Part shown: positions 19,869 to 29,976 of the stretch, in pieces
Position numbering within the stretch: position 1 is the first letter of the stretch
Layout: every line of letters starts with the position of its first letter
Assembly: GCA_964627525.1 (NCBI GenBank)
Contig: CAZVIA010000001.1
Span: 8,007 to 72,006 of the forward strand
Reading direction: 5' to 3'
Source of the DNA: an uncultured Gammaproteobacteria bacterium
Lineage (GTDB): Bacteria; Patescibacteriota; Patescibacteriia; Magasanikbacterales; JBBTQS01
Length of the DNA: 64,000 nt
Position numbers and translations under genes: made by a program
The notes under the pieces: generated by a model
Seen by the model: only the letters and a program-made list of their open reading frames with translations
Database searches by the model: none
What the model was told of the DNA's origin: nothing

Positions 19869-20414
19869 ATGTCTAGAATAGGAAAACAATTAATTGAAAT
19901 TCCAGAAGCAGTCAGCTTAGAAGTAGTTGATAATGTTGTTGTAGTTAAAGGACCTAAAGGTGAATTAAAACAAGAACTTCGCAAAGGTGTAACAGTTGAA
20001 AAAGTTGAAGGTGGTTTTCAGGTTAAAGTTGCAGATCCAGAGAAAAAATCAGAGCGAGCTTATTGGGGATTGTTTGCATCTTTGATAAAAAACATGGTTC
20101 AAGGTGTGACTCAAGGTTTTGAAAAGCAATTAGAAGTAAATGGTGTTGGTTATAAAGTTGCTTTGCAGGGTGATATTTTGAAATTAGAATTAGGTTTTTC
20201 ACATTCAATTGAATTTAAATTACCAGAAGGTGTTGAAGCAAAAGTTGAGAAAAATTTAATCACAATCAGTGGAAGCAGTAAGCAAATAGTTGGACAAGCT
20301 GCAGCTGATATTAGAAAGTTTCGTAAACCAGAGCCTTATAAAGGAAAAGGAATTAGATATAGTGATGAAGTTGTGAGACGTAAAGCTGGTAAGGCTGCTA
20401 AAGCTGCTGCTTAA
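19869..20414 (+). CDS. rplF: 50S ribosomal protein L6
   Basis: MSRIGKQLIEIP... Confidence 0.9.
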   Translation: MSRIGKQLIEIPEAVSLEVVDNVVVVKGPKGELKQELRKGVTVEKVEGGFQVKVADPEKKSERAYWGLFASLIKNMVQGVTQGFEKQLEVNGVGYKVALQGDILKLELGFSHSIEFKLPEGVEAKVEKNLITISGSSKQIVGQAAADIRKFRKPEPYKGKGIRYSDEVVRRKAGKAAKAAA

Positions 20415-20423
20415 TAAAATAAT

Positions 20424-20801
20424 ATGAAAGCAAAAGAACATACAAGTGATAGATTAAAAAAGAGATTAAGACGAAAGGCTAGAATTAGAGCCAAGGTTTC
20501 TGGTACAGAAAAACGTCCTCGCTTATGTGTGTTTCGTGGTTTGGCAACTATTTATGCACAATTAATTGATGATGTAAATTCAAAAACTTTAGTTGCTATT
20601 CATAGTAAAAAAGTTAAACCTGAAGATGTTGGTGAGCGTAAAGGAAAAATTGCAATTGCATATACAGTTGGTAAAACACTAGCAGAGCAAGCAAAAGCAA
20701 AAGGAATTGAAGATGTTGTGTTTGATAGAGGTGGAAGTGCTTATCATGGTCGTGTTCGTGCTTTAGCAGAAGGTGCGCGCGAAGCTGGTTTAAAGTTTTA
20801 A
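20424..20801 (+). CDS. rplR: 50S ribosomal protein L18
   Basis: Size and position; conserved L18. Confidence 0.85.
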   Translation: MKAKEHTSDRLKKRLRRKARIRAKVSGTEKRPRLCVFRGLATIYAQLIDDVNSKTLVAIHSKKVKPEDVGERKGKIAIAYTVGKTLAEQAKAKGIEDVVFDRGGSAYHGRVRALAEGAREAGLKF

Positions 20802-20806
20802 AAAAT

Positions 20807-21472
20807 ATGACAGAAGAGAATACAAAAATTCAAGCAACACCAGTGGCACCAGCGTCAGCGACTCCAACAGAGGCGCCTACTTCAGCTGCGCCAGCAACTG
20901 CTCCAGCACCAGCCTCGGCGCCAGCGCCAAAAAAGTTTGGTGGGGGTAAGAAATTTGGTGATAAAAAGTTTGGTGGAGATCGTAGACGAAATCCTCGTGG
21001 TAAAGGTGGTCGTAGGCCTCAACGTGAACCACAAGAATTTGACCAAACTCTTGTACAACTTGCTCGTGTTACTCGTGTTACAAAAGGTGGAAAGCGTTTG
21101 CGTTTTCGTGCACTTCTTGTAATTGGTGATCGTAAAGGTAGAGTAGGGTATGGAGTTGCCAAAGGTGCTGATGTGCAAATTGCTGTTAGCAAAGCTTTTC
21201 GTCAAGCAAAGAAAAAAGTTATTAAAGTTCCTATTGTTAATGAAACTATTGCTTTTCCTTTAGAAGCAAAATTTTCAGCTGCACGAATTTTATTAAAACC
21301 AGCCCCAAAAGGTAGTGGAATTATTGCAGGTGGTGCTTTGCGAACTGTACTTGAATATGCAGGTGTGCCAAATATTTCAGCAAAAATTTTAGGAACAAAT
21401 AATAAGATTAGTAATGTGAAAGCAGCTTTTAAAGCTTTAGAGGAATTAAGTCTTTTTAGTAATAAAAAATAA
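20807..21472 (+). CDS. rpsE: 30S ribosomal protein S5 with an Ala/Pro-rich N-terminal extension
   Basis: Conserved S5 core (RVTRVTKGGKRLRFRALLVIGD) preceded by ~45 aa of A/P/T repeats. Confidence 0.9.
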   Translation: MTEENTKIQATPVAPASATPTEAPTSAAPATAPAPASAPAPKKFGGGKKFGDKKFGGDRRRNPRGKGGRRPQREPQEFDQTLVQLARVTRVTKGGKRLRFRALLVIGDRKGRVGYGVAKGADVQIAVSKAFRQAKKKVIKVPIVNETIAFPLEAKFSAARILLKPAPKGSGIIAGGALRTVLEYAGVPNISAKILGTNNKISNVKAAFKALEELSLFSNKK

Positions 21473-21474
21473 GT

Positions 21475-21948
21475 ATGACTACATTAGCTCACACATTGAA
21501 AAAAAGTACTGCTCGCAAAAAGCGACGCCGTATTGGTCGTGGTGATGCAAGTAGTGGTACATACAGTGGTCGCGGTCAAAAAGGTCAGCGCTCTCGTTCT
21601 GGTGGAAAAAGTGGTTTGGCAAGACGCGCATTTATGCAAAATTTGATTAACATTCCAAAGAGTCGTGGTTTCAAAAGTCAGAGAGGTTCTGCAGCAACTG
21701 TAACTTTGGAAACAATTGAACGTATTTTTAACGAAGGAGATATTGTGGCACCAAACACATTGCTTAAAAAACAAGTGATTGCTACAATTAAAACAGGAGT
21801 AAAGATTGTTGCACGCGGTGAACTTAAGAAAAAAATTACAGTAAAAGGCTGTAAGATTTCACAAGGTGCAAAAGAAGCAATTGAAAAAGCTGGTGGAAAA
21901 GTTGAAATTCTTGTTAAAAAGAAAAAAGCAGTTAAAAAAGCAAAATAA
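21475..21948 (+). CDS. rplO: 50S ribosomal protein L15
   Basis: Gly/Arg-rich L15 N-terminus. Confidence 0.9.
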   Translation: MTTLAHTLKKSTARKKRRRIGRGDASSGTYSGRGQKGQRSRSGGKSGLARRAFMQNLINIPKSRGFKSQRGSAATVTLETIERIFNEGDIVAPNTLLKKQVIATIKTGVKIVARGELKKKITVKGCKISQGAKEAIEKAGGKVEILVKKKKAVKKAK

Positions 21949-21963
21949 TAGCAAACCATTTTT

Positions 21964-23235
21964 ATGGATAAGCTGAAAAAGATTTTTGGAATAAAAAACT
22001 TGAGAAATAGCATCTTGTTTGTTTTAGCGATGCTTGTTTTATTTAGACTGTTGGCTCATGTGCCAGTACCTGGAGTTGATGTAGATAATTTGCAGGCATT
22101 TTTTTCATCTAACCAAGTACTTGGTTTGTTGAATATGTTTTCAGGAGGTACAATGCAAAGTTTTTCAGTGGTGATGCTGGGTGTTGGTCCTTATATTACT
22201 TCATCAATTATTTTCCAATTACTAACAATGGTTATTCCAAGATTAGAGGAAATGTCTAAAGAAGGTGATCATGGTCGTCAAAAAATTAATCAATACACTC
22301 GTTTGCTAACAGTTCCTTTGGCTGCTTTGCAGGCTTACGCATTTTTAACTTTGTTGCGACAGTCACCATTACAGATTTTACCTGATTTAAGTGCATTCCA
22401 AACCATGGTGATTCTTTTGGTGGCAACAGCAGGAAGTCTTTTCTTGATGTGGTTGGGTGAATTAATTACTGAGAAAAAAGTTGGTAATGGTATTTCATTG
22501 TTGATTTTTGCTGCGATTGTGGCTGGATTTCCAACTGCAGCTCAGCAAGTTTTTGCTACATTTGATAAAACTCAAATTCCAATGTTGCTGACTTTACTAG
22601 GTCTGGCAATTGTAACAATTGTAGGTGTTGTATTTATTACTGAAGGCCAAAGAAACATTCCAATTTCACATGCACGTCAGGTTCGTGGAACTCGTATTAC
22701 TGGTGGAGTTAAAACCCATTTGCCTTTGCGCGTGAATATGGCTGGTGTGATTCCAATTATTTTTGCGATTTCTTTGGTTTTGTTTCCGCCTTTGATTGCA
22801 CAGTTTTTTGTAAATGCACAAACAGATTGGGTAGCAACATTTGCAAACTGGGTAATTCAGTTTTTCCAAAATCAAACAGCATATGGACTTATGTATTTCT
22901 TGTTAGTGTTTGGTTTTACATATTTTTATACATCAGTTGTTGTCCATCCAGATCAAATGGCTGAAAATCTTCAACGACAAGGTGCTTTTATTCCAGGAGT
23001 TCGTCCTGGGTCACATACTCAAAAATATTTGCATCATGTGATTACGCGTATTACTTTTACAGGTGCTATGTTTTTGGCAGGTATTGCTGTGTTGCCATTA
23101 ATTGTTCAGGCATTTACAGGTACAAACACATTGCTAGTTGGTGGTATGAGTTTGTTGATTGTAGTTAGTGTTGCAATTGAAACTTGGAAACAAATTGATG
23201 CGCAGATTACAATGCATAGCTACGATAGGGTATAA
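21964..23235 (+). CDS. secY: Preprotein translocase SecY
   Basis: 10-TM, conserved SecY; position after rplO. Confidence 0.95.
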   Translation: MDKLKKIFGIKNLRNSILFVLAMLVLFRLLAHVPVPGVDVDNLQAFFSSNQVLGLLNMFSGGTMQSFSVVMLGVGPYITSSIIFQLLTMVIPRLEEMSKEGDHGRQKINQYTRLLTVPLAALQAYAFLTLLRQSPLQILPDLSAFQTMVILLVATAGSLFLMWLGELITEKKVGNGISLLIFAAIVAGFPTAAQQVFATFDKTQIPMLLTLLGLAIVTIVGVVFITEGQRNIPISHARQVRGTRITGGVKTHLPLRVNMAGVIPIIFAISLVLFPPLIAQFFVNAQTDWVATFANWVIQFFQNQTAYGLMYFLLVFGFTYFYTSVVVHPDQMAENLQRQGAFIPGVRPGSHTQKYLHHVITRITFTGAMFLAGIAVLPLIVQAFTGTNTLLVGGMSLLIVVSVAIETWKQIDAQITMHSYDRV

Positions 23236-23256
23236 TAGTTTTATAAAATTAAATAT

Positions 23257-23580
23257 ATGGGATTATTACAATCAATTATAGGTGGTTCTTCTAAAAGTGC
23301 GTCTCAAGAGCAAGGTTCTAGAAAATTTGATACAAAAGATGCACGAGCAAGTATTAATCGTGAGGTTCGTGGTTTGTGTTCAAGTGGTCGTTTTAAAATA
23401 AGTTCAGGAGATCGTGATTCAATGATTTCTGATTTAAGTGGATTAATTGAAAATGGAGATATTCGTTATCGTGATCCAAAAGGCAGATCAAATGCTGTTT
23501 TAAAAATCACTGGAAAGTATTGTGAAAGTGAAAGTGCGGCAAAATTAGTTCGAGATAGAGTTTTAAGTATTTTTTCTTAA
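23257..23580 (+). CDS. Hypothetical protein inserted between secY and adk
   Basis: 107 aa, no recognisable motif. Confidence 0.4.
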   Translation: MGLLQSIIGGSSKSASQEQGSRKFDTKDARASINREVRGLCSSGRFKISSGDRDSMISDLSGLIENGDIRYRDPKGRSNAVLKITGKYCESESAAKLVRDRVLSIFS

Positions 23581-23589
23581 TTTAATTTT

Positions 23590-24228
23590 ATGCCAAAACT
23601 GCGAATGGTATTTATTGGGCCGCAGGGATCAGGCAAAGGCACGCAGGGTGAAAAAATTTCTGCGCGCTTTTCTATTCCCTCAATTTCTCCCGGAGCTTTG
23701 TACCGCAAACACATAAAAGATCAAACAGAAATTGGTAAAAAAGCTGAAGCAATTGTTGAAGCTGGAGATTTGGTTGGTGATGATTTAACTAAGCAGGTGA
23801 TTCAAGAGCGTTTAAAAGAGTCAGATGCGCAAAGTGGTTTTTTATTAGATGGTTATCCCCGCAACAAACAACAAGTTAATGATTTAAAAAATATTACAGA
23901 AATAGACCATGTTTTTGTTTTGCAAATTTCAGATGAAGAAGCAGTAAAAAGAATTTCTGGTCGACGCCAATGTTCTCAAGGTCATATTTATCATGTTACA
24001 TTTAGTCCACCAAAAGTTGAGGGAGTTTGTGATGAAGATAATGAAGAAGTAATACAGCGTGATGATGATACAGAAGAGGTTGTAAAAAAACGTTTGGCAA
24101 TTTATCATGAGGAAACCCAACCAATAATTGACATTTTTAAGGAAAATGGTATTGTTCATGAGTTAGATGGTTCAAAAGAAGCAAATAAAGTTTATGCAGA
24201 AATTGAATCTATTTTAAAAAGCGAATAA
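23590..24228 (+). CDS. adk: Adenylate kinase
   Basis: GPQGSGKGTQ P-loop; LID region. Confidence 0.9.
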   Translation: MPKLRMVFIGPQGSGKGTQGEKISARFSIPSISPGALYRKHIKDQTEIGKKAEAIVEAGDLVGDDLTKQVIQERLKESDAQSGFLLDGYPRNKQQVNDLKNITEIDHVFVLQISDEEAVKRISGRRQCSQGHIYHVTFSPPKVEGVCDEDNEEVIQRDDDTEEVVKKRLAIYHEETQPIIDIFKENGIVHELDGSKEANKVYAEIESILKSE

Positions 24229-24241
24229 TTGGATAGACTAA

Positions 24242-25018
24242 ATGGTTATGCTTATTAAAAAACCAGATGAAATTGAACAAATTAAAAAAGGTGGTAAAAT
24301 ACTTGGTCAAGTTCTTGAAGAAGTAATCAGTGTGGCAAAGTCAGGTGTCACTACTCTTGAGTTAGATCAATTAGCAGAAAAAAGAATTAAAGAATTGGGT
24401 GGTGTGCCTTCGTTTAAAGGTTACCGTTCATTTCCAGGTACAATTTGTGCATCAGTTAATGATGAGGTTGTCCATGGAATTCCAGGTAGTCGTGTTTTAA
24501 AAGACGGTGATGTTCTTGGAATTGATTTAGGGATGAAATGGCCTGCTGAAAATGGTTTTTACACAGACACAGCTGCCACACTTGCTATTGGTGAAATTAA
24601 AAAAGAACACCAGGAATTAATGGAGCGTACTCAACAAGGATTGTATAAAGGAATAAAAGCTGCACAGCCTGGAAATTCAATTGCAGATATTGGTCGCGCT
24701 GTTGAAAATCATATTAAACAATTTGGTTATGGAATTGTTGTGGCTCTGGTTGGTCATGGTGTTGGTTATCAAGTGCATGAAGATCCACGAATACCAAATG
24801 TGTATAAAGAAAAAAATGAAGCAGTTAAGATTGAACCAGGAATGGTTTTGGCAATTGAGCCAATGATCACACTTGGTTCTGCTGAGATTGAAACTGCTGA
24901 TGATGGTTGGACTGTTGTTACAAAAGATAAAACTTATGCGGCGCATTTTGAACATACAATTGTGATTGAGGAGAATGGGAATTTTATTACAACACAAAGA
25001 CCAAGTGAAAAAATATGA
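24242..25018 (+). CDS. map: Methionine aminopeptidase type I
   Basis: Pita-bread fold metal ligands (D..D..H..E..E pattern); 258 aa. Confidence 0.9.
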   Translation: MVMLIKKPDEIEQIKKGGKILGQVLEEVISVAKSGVTTLELDQLAEKRIKELGGVPSFKGYRSFPGTICASVNDEVVHGIPGSRVLKDGDVLGIDLGMKWPAENGFYTDTAATLAIGEIKKEHQELMERTQQGLYKGIKAAQPGNSIADIGRAVENHIKQFGYGIVVALVGHGVGYQVHEDPRIPNVYKEKNEAVKIEPGMVLAIEPMITLGSAEIETADDGWTVVTKDKTYAAHFEHTIVIEENGNFITTQRPSEKI

Positions 25019-25449
25019 ATGTCTTAGCAATAGATTATGGAGAAAAAGAAATCGGCTTTGCTTTTAAGACAAGTGATGCTGATGTTGCAGTTCCTTTTGG
25101 TGAAGTGGGTGCACAAGGTTTGATTGAAAAAATAAAATCAATTATTAAGGAAGAGGGAATTGGTGTTGTTGTAGTTGGAATGCCTTGGGCAGTTTCTGGA
25201 ATGGAGACAGATCAAACTCGTAAAACACAAAAGTTTGTGCAGGAGTTGGGCGACGCTATTAAGGCGGGGGATTTAAAAACAAAAGTTGAAATTACAAATG
25301 AAGCACTTTCAAGTGTTGAAGCTGCGGAAAATGAATTATATGATAATGTTTCAATTCATGAACGTTCTGCAATGGTGGTTTTAGAAGATTGGATGGAACA
25401 AAATAAAGCAGAGCAAAACAATTTAGAGCAAAATAAAAATGTCTCTTAA
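25015..25449 (+). CDS. ruvX: RuvX/YqgF-like putative pre-16S rRNA nuclease
   Basis: MNVLAIDYGEKEIGFAF..., ~140 aa RNase-H-like. Confidence 0.65.
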   Translation: MNVLAIDYGEKEIGFAFKTSDADVAVPFGEVGAQGLIEKIKSIIKEEGIGVVVVGMPWAVSGMETDQTRKTQKFVQELGDAIKAGDLKTKVEITNEALSSVEAAENELYDNVSIHERSAMVVLEDWMEQNKAEQNNLEQNKNVS

Positions 25450-25981
25450 AACATACACAGCAATAATTATAGATAATAGAGACTTTCGCGAAAATGATCA
25501 GCGAATTATTTTTTATTCTCTAGAAAATGGTTTGCAAGATGCTGTAGCAATTGGTGTAAAAAAAATTACAAGCAAGCAGCGTGGAAGATTAGAGCAAGGT
25601 GTTGTGACTAATTTGACTATTGCTAAGGGTCGACGATTTGATAAAGTTACAACTTCTGATCCTTTATGGATTGGAGTTAAGAGTCGTCAGTCTTTTGAAA
25701 AATTATGTGCTTTGCAATTTTTAATGGGATTAGTAAAAGAGATAAGTAAGAATGGTGACGTAAATGATGGGCAGTTTGAGATGCTTGTAAGTGCTTTGCA
25801 AGTTCTTGATGTATCAGAAGAGCAGGAGCAGAATATAAAAGAGTGGTGTAAGTCTGTTGTTTATAAATTATTAGAAGTTTCTGGTTTTCAGCCTATTGAA
25901 ACAACTTCTTTAAAAAAACAATTGCAATATTTTTTTGAAAAACCAATCAGGTCTTTGCAAATTTTAGAGCTGATAAAATAA
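25439..25981 (+). CDS. Possible short RecO-like protein
   Basis: N-terminal OB-fold pattern (AIIIDNRDFRENDQRIIFYS..GLQDAV) resembles RecO; short (180 aa); tentative. Confidence 0.35.
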   Translation: MSLKTYTAIIIDNRDFRENDQRIIFYSLENGLQDAVAIGVKKITSKQRGRLEQGVVTNLTIAKGRRFDKVTTSDPLWIGVKSRQSFEKLCALQFLMGLVKEISKNGDVNDGQFEMLVSALQVLDVSEEQEQNIKEWCKSVVYKLLEVSGFQPIETTSLKKQLQYFFEKPIRSLQILELIK

Positions 25982-26001
25982 TTTAGATCATAATTAATAA
26001 T

Positions 26002-27297
26002 ATGAATAAAGTTTTAATAAAAAATTTATCACAATTTGAAGGTCAGGAAGTCAACGTGTCTGGTTGGGTTTTTAATTTAAGATCTTCTGGAAAAATCATG
26101 TTTTTGCAGATGCGTGATGGTTCTGGTTTTACTCAAGCAATTTTAGTCAAAGATGAAGCCACAGATGAATTGTGGGAACACGCTCAAAAAATTACTCAGG
26201 AAAGTTCTGTTGAGTTAATTGGTGTAGTTAGTAAGCATCCCAAAAAAGATGAATATGAATTGCAAGTTAAAGATTTAAAAATTTTGCAGATCGCGCCAGA
26301 GTATCCAATTTCAAACAAAGATCATGGCACAGATTTTCTTTTGGAAAATCGTCACTTGTGGTTGCGTTCAAAAAAACAGTGGGCAATTCAATGTGTGCGT
26401 AATACAGTGATTAGTGCGATTTATGAATTTTTTTATGAGCGTGATTTTATAAAAATTGATTCACCGATTCTAACACCAAATGCTTGTGAAGGAACAACAA
26501 CTTTGTTTAAGGTTCCGTATTTTGATCAGGGTGATGCTTATTTATCTCAATCAGGTCAATTGTATCTTGAGGCTTTGATAGTGTCGCATGGGCGTGTGTT
26601 TGATTTTGGTCCTGTTTTTAGGGCAGAAAAATCTAAAACTCGTCGGCACTTAACAGAGTTTTGGATGATGGATGCTGAAATGGCTTTTGTAGAGCATGAA
26701 GAAAATATGCAAATGCAGGAAGATTTAATTAAATTTATTTTTCAAAAAGTTTTGGCAAAAAATTATAAAGAGTTGGAAATTTTGGAGCGTGACACAGGGT
26801 ATTTACAAAAAATTGTGGATTCAGAATTTAAACGCATGACACACAAGCAGGCTGTTGAGTATTTGCAAACAAAAGGTTCACAAATTACAGATGGAGATGA
26901 TTTGGGTGGGGAAGATGAAACCTTGTTAACACAAGAATTTGATGTACCTGTTTTTGTTGAAAAATGGCCTGCAAAAATCAAAGCTTTTTACATGAAAAAA
27001 GATCCTGAAAATTCTGATTTGGTTTTGGGCTCTGATTTAATTTCTACTGAAGGTTTTGGTGAGATAAGTGGGGGAGCACAACGTGAAGATGATTATGATA
27101 CATTGTTGCAAAGTATAAAAGCACATGATTTAAGTGAAGAAGATTTTCAGTGGTATTTAGATTTGCGTAAGTATGGTTCAGTTCCTCATTCTGGTTTTGG
27201 GATTGGCTTGGAAAGAACTGTTGCATGGGTTTGTGGGGTTAAGCATGTGAGAGAAACAATTCCATTTCCAAGAACTATTTACCGTTTGAAGCCATAA
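26002..27297 (+). CDS. asnS: Asparaginyl-tRNA synthetase
   Basis: Class II motif 2 (FRAE) and motif 3 (GFGIGLER); C-terminal ...FPRTIYRLKP; N-terminal OB. Confidence 0.85.
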   Translation: MNKVLIKNLSQFEGQEVNVSGWVFNLRSSGKIMFLQMRDGSGFTQAILVKDEATDELWEHAQKITQESSVELIGVVSKHPKKDEYELQVKDLKILQIAPEYPISNKDHGTDFLLENRHLWLRSKKQWAIQCVRNTVISAIYEFFYERDFIKIDSPILTPNACEGTTTLFKVPYFDQGDAYLSQSGQLYLEALIVSHGRVFDFGPVFRAEKSKTRRHLTEFWMMDAEMAFVEHEENMQMQEDLIKFIFQKVLAKNYKELEILERDTGYLQKIVDSEFKRMTHKQAVEYLQTKGSQITDGDDLGGEDETLLTQEFDVPVFVEKWPAKIKAFYMKKDPENSDLVLGSDLISTEGFGEISGGAQREDDYDTLLQSIKAHDLSEEDFQWYLDLRKYGSVPHSGFGIGLERTVAWVCGVKHVRETIPFPRTIYRLKP

Positions 27298-27330
27298 ATG
27301 GTAAAATATAAGGGAATTTAACCTAAATTT

Positions 27331-28716
27331 ATGCAAAGAATTTTATCTAAAAATACAGTACAAGAGGAAGGAAAAGAGGTCTTAATTCAAGGTTGGATCA
27401 ATGCTCGTAGAAATATGGGTAAAATTGTGTTTTTGGATTTACGCGATGCATCAGGGGTTTTGCAAGTGGTTTGTGTGCCTGCAGAATTAGATGAAGCATC
27501 ACAAAAAATATTAGATACTTTGCGTCCAGAATTTGTTGTGTCTATTAAGGGTCAAGTTCAAAAAAGAGGTGAAAAACAAATTAATAAGGACATGGTAACT
27601 GGCACTGTAGAGGTTTTGGCAAAATCAATTGAGATTTTGAACGAAGCAAAAACTTTGCCATTTGAAATTGATCGCGATACATCTGATATAAGTGAAGAAG
27701 TGCGAATGAAATATCGTTATTTAGATTTGCGTTCAGAACGTGTTACAAAAAATATTAAAATGCGAAGTGATTTTGTGAGGTATTGTCGCGAATATTTATT
27801 TGATCAGGATTTTACTGAAATTGAAACTCCTATTTTAACAAAATCAACACCAGAAGGATCTCGAGATTTTGTTGTGCCTTCGCGATTACAAAAAGGAAAA
27901 TATTTTGCGCTTCCACAATCACCACAACAGTACAAACAATTATTAATGACGGCTGGTTTTGAAAAATATTTCCAAATTGCACGGTGTTTAAGAGATGAGG
28001 ATCCGCGTGCAGATAGGGGATTTGAGCACACACAAGTTGATTTAGAAATGAGTTTTGTTGATCAGGAAGTTGTAATGCAAACAGCAGAAGAAATGATTAT
28101 TCATTCAGTTGAAAAACTTGGGTTGAAAATTAAAGAAAAACCATTTCCGCGCATTACACATAAAGAATCAATGGAAAAATATAAAGATGATAAGTTTGAT
28201 TTAAGAACTGAAGAAGAAAAAGAGCAAGGTGTGTTAGCTTATGCATGGGTTGTTGATTTTCCGTTTTTTAAAAAAGATGAAAAAGGCAGTGGTTGGACTT
28301 TTACACATAATCCATTTTCACAACCTAAAGATGAGTTTTTAAAAGATCATTTGGCTGGTAAAAATATTGAAAACATTTTAACCACTCAATATGATTTGAT
28401 TTGTAATGGAGTTGAATCAGCCGGAGGATCAATGCGTGCGCACAAGCCAGAGGTTTTAAAAGCTACATATAAAACAATGGGTTATTCTGATGAAGAAATT
28501 CAGGAGTCAATTGGACATATTTTAGAGGCTTTTGAATATGGTGCACCACCACATGGAGGAATTGCTGTAGGTGTTGAAAGAAATATTATGAATTTTGTTA
28601 ATGAAAAGTATATTAGAGAAGTGCAAGCATTTCCAATGTCTGGTTCTTCAAATACTTCTGTTATGGATGCGCCATCTGAACTTCCAAAAGATATTTTAAA
28701 GCAATATGGCTTATAA
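27331..28716 (+). CDS. aspS: Aspartyl-tRNA synthetase, bacterial-type core without the GAD insertion
   Basis: QSPQQYKQLLM and CLRDEDPRADR motifs; GGSMRAH; PHGGIAVGVER; only 461 aa. Confidence 0.85.
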   Translation: MQRILSKNTVQEEGKEVLIQGWINARRNMGKIVFLDLRDASGVLQVVCVPAELDEASQKILDTLRPEFVVSIKGQVQKRGEKQINKDMVTGTVEVLAKSIEILNEAKTLPFEIDRDTSDISEEVRMKYRYLDLRSERVTKNIKMRSDFVRYCREYLFDQDFTEIETPILTKSTPEGSRDFVVPSRLQKGKYFALPQSPQQYKQLLMTAGFEKYFQIARCLRDEDPRADRGFEHTQVDLEMSFVDQEVVMQTAEEMIIHSVEKLGLKIKEKPFPRITHKESMEKYKDDKFDLRTEEEKEQGVLAYAWVVDFPFFKKDEKGSGWTFTHNPFSQPKDEFLKDHLAGKNIENILTTQYDLICNGVESAGGSMRAHKPEVLKATYKTMGYSDEEIQESIGHILEAFEYGAPPHGGIAVGVERNIMNFVNEKYIREVQAFPMSGSSNTSVMDAPSELPKDILKQYGL

Positions 28717-29404
28717 AATTGAGCAAGAACAGTTTTCTGGTCCGCTTGATTTGTTACTTCACTTAATTGAAAGAGAGGAATTAGAAATTACTCAGGTTTC
28801 AATTTCAGATGTTGCAGATGAGTTTTTGCAGTATATGGATGAACATGAAAATATGCCAGCACAAGAATTGGCTGATTTTTTAGTGATTGCATCAAAGTTG
28901 TTATATCATAAGTCGCGTGCAATTTTGCCTTCTGTTTGGATGCAAGAAAATGTTGAAGAAGATGATTTAGAAAATCAGTTAAAAATGTACAAAGCTTTTG
29001 TTGATGCAAGCAAGCAGATTCAAGAAAAGATTTCTGAGAAAAAATTTATGTATTCGCGTGAGCAAATTATTTTAAAGCGTGAACAAGGTTTTTATCCACC
29101 TCAAAATGTTGATGAAGATGAATTGCAAAGTGCATTTGCGCGAGTTATAGAAAAATTAAAACCTTTAATAAAATTACCACAAGCTGCAATGAGGCGCGTG
29201 ATGTCTATCAAAGAAAAAATTAGTTTTATTAAAGATAGGATTGCACAAGTTGGTAAAGGAAAATTTAGAGATTTGGTTAGTAAGGATAAAAATAAAACAG
29301 ATGTGATTGTGAGTTTTTTGGCGATGTTAGAATTAGTTAAGCAAAAAGAATTAAAAGTTGAGCAAGAAGATTTGTTTGAAGAAATCAGTTTGGAAAAAGT
29401 TTAA
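28706..29404 (+). CDS. scpA: Segregation and condensation protein A
   Basis: FSGPLDLLLHLIEREELEITQVSISDV ScpA N-terminus. Confidence 0.85.
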   Translation: MAYKIEQEQFSGPLDLLLHLIEREELEITQVSISDVADEFLQYMDEHENMPAQELADFLVIASKLLYHKSRAILPSVWMQENVEEDDLENQLKMYKAFVDASKQIQEKISEKKFMYSREQIILKREQGFYPPQNVDEDELQSAFARVIEKLKPLIKLPQAAMRRVMSIKEKISFIKDRIAQVGKGKFRDLVSKDKNKTDVIVSFLAMLELVKQKELKVEQEDLFEEISLEKV

Positions 29405-29410
29405 TTTTTT

Positions 29411-29451
29411 AAAAAGAAAACACCCAAGGACTCGTTGTGAGTCGCTGGGTG
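29411..29451 (-). terminator. Terminator of the minus-strand small GC-rich gene
   Basis: Hairpin cacccaaggactc...gagtcgctgggtg followed on the minus strand by a T-run. Confidence 0.55.
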
Positions 29452-29501
29452 CTAGAAGGGTCATTGTGGATCCTCGGAGCTCGGGGGGCGGATATCGGCG
29501 G

Positions 29502-29798
29502 TTAGGCTGCTTCGTCGATTTGGAGCTGGAAGAGCTCTCGCTCTGCCATCTTGAATCGGAACAGTGCCGTTCCGGGAATGGTCGCTCCTTGGACACGCTC
29601 GATGATCGAACGTTCCGTAAGAATTTCCATTCCTTTATGGAACTCTTCCAGATCAGTACTCTGACCCACAGAACTAGGGACGAAATCCCTGTCTGTGTCG
29701 AGCTGCACTACGAAGCGCGGCTCGCCAAGGGACTGGGCAGTCCCTCGTGCCAAAATGAACAGATCGACAAGCAGGTTGCCTGCGAGCGGATTCAGCAT
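29502..29798 (-). CDS. Hypothetical small protein (98 aa) on a GC-rich insert between scpA and scpB
   Basis: GGAGGG SD 6 nt before the second ATG; own consensus promoter and terminator; GC and GC3 well above neighbours. Confidence 0.5.
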   Translation of the reverse strand: MLNPLAGNLLVDLFILARGTAQSLGEPRFVVQLDTDRDFVPSSVGQSTDLEEFHKGMEILTERSIIERVQGATIPGTALFRFKMAERELFQLQIDEAA

Positions 29799-29865
29799 GT
29801 TTCCCTCCATAGAAACTTAGCTGAGGTGATCGTCGTGCAACGGCCTTTCCACTGCAAAACAGAAT

Positions 29866-29895
29866 ACTATAGCATATTTTGATGATTTTGTCAAG
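29866..29895 (-). promoter_or_regulatory. Minus-strand promoter TTGACA-N18-TGC-TATAGT
   Basis: Reverse complement reads cttgacaaaatcatcaaaatatgctatagt. Confidence 0.6.
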
Positions 29896-29925
29896 TCTTA
29901 GGTTTACACATGTAAGATTTTTTGG

Positions 29926-29937
29926 CTAAATTTAGCG
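29926..29937. promoter_or_regulatory. Palindromic motif copy 3 (TTTTTTGGCTAAATTTAGCGAAAAA) between divergent promoters
   Basis: Perfect 12-bp palindrome. Confidence 0.5.
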
Positions 29938-29976
29938 AAAAATGCAAGTTTTTAAAAAATAAGATATAATACTAAC

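Noticed and set aside
29358-29882. 174-aa plus-strand ORF spanning the GC-rich insert
   Set aside because: Overlaps the scpA 3' end, has no SD or promoter, and the opposite-strand ORF has a promoter, SD and terminator
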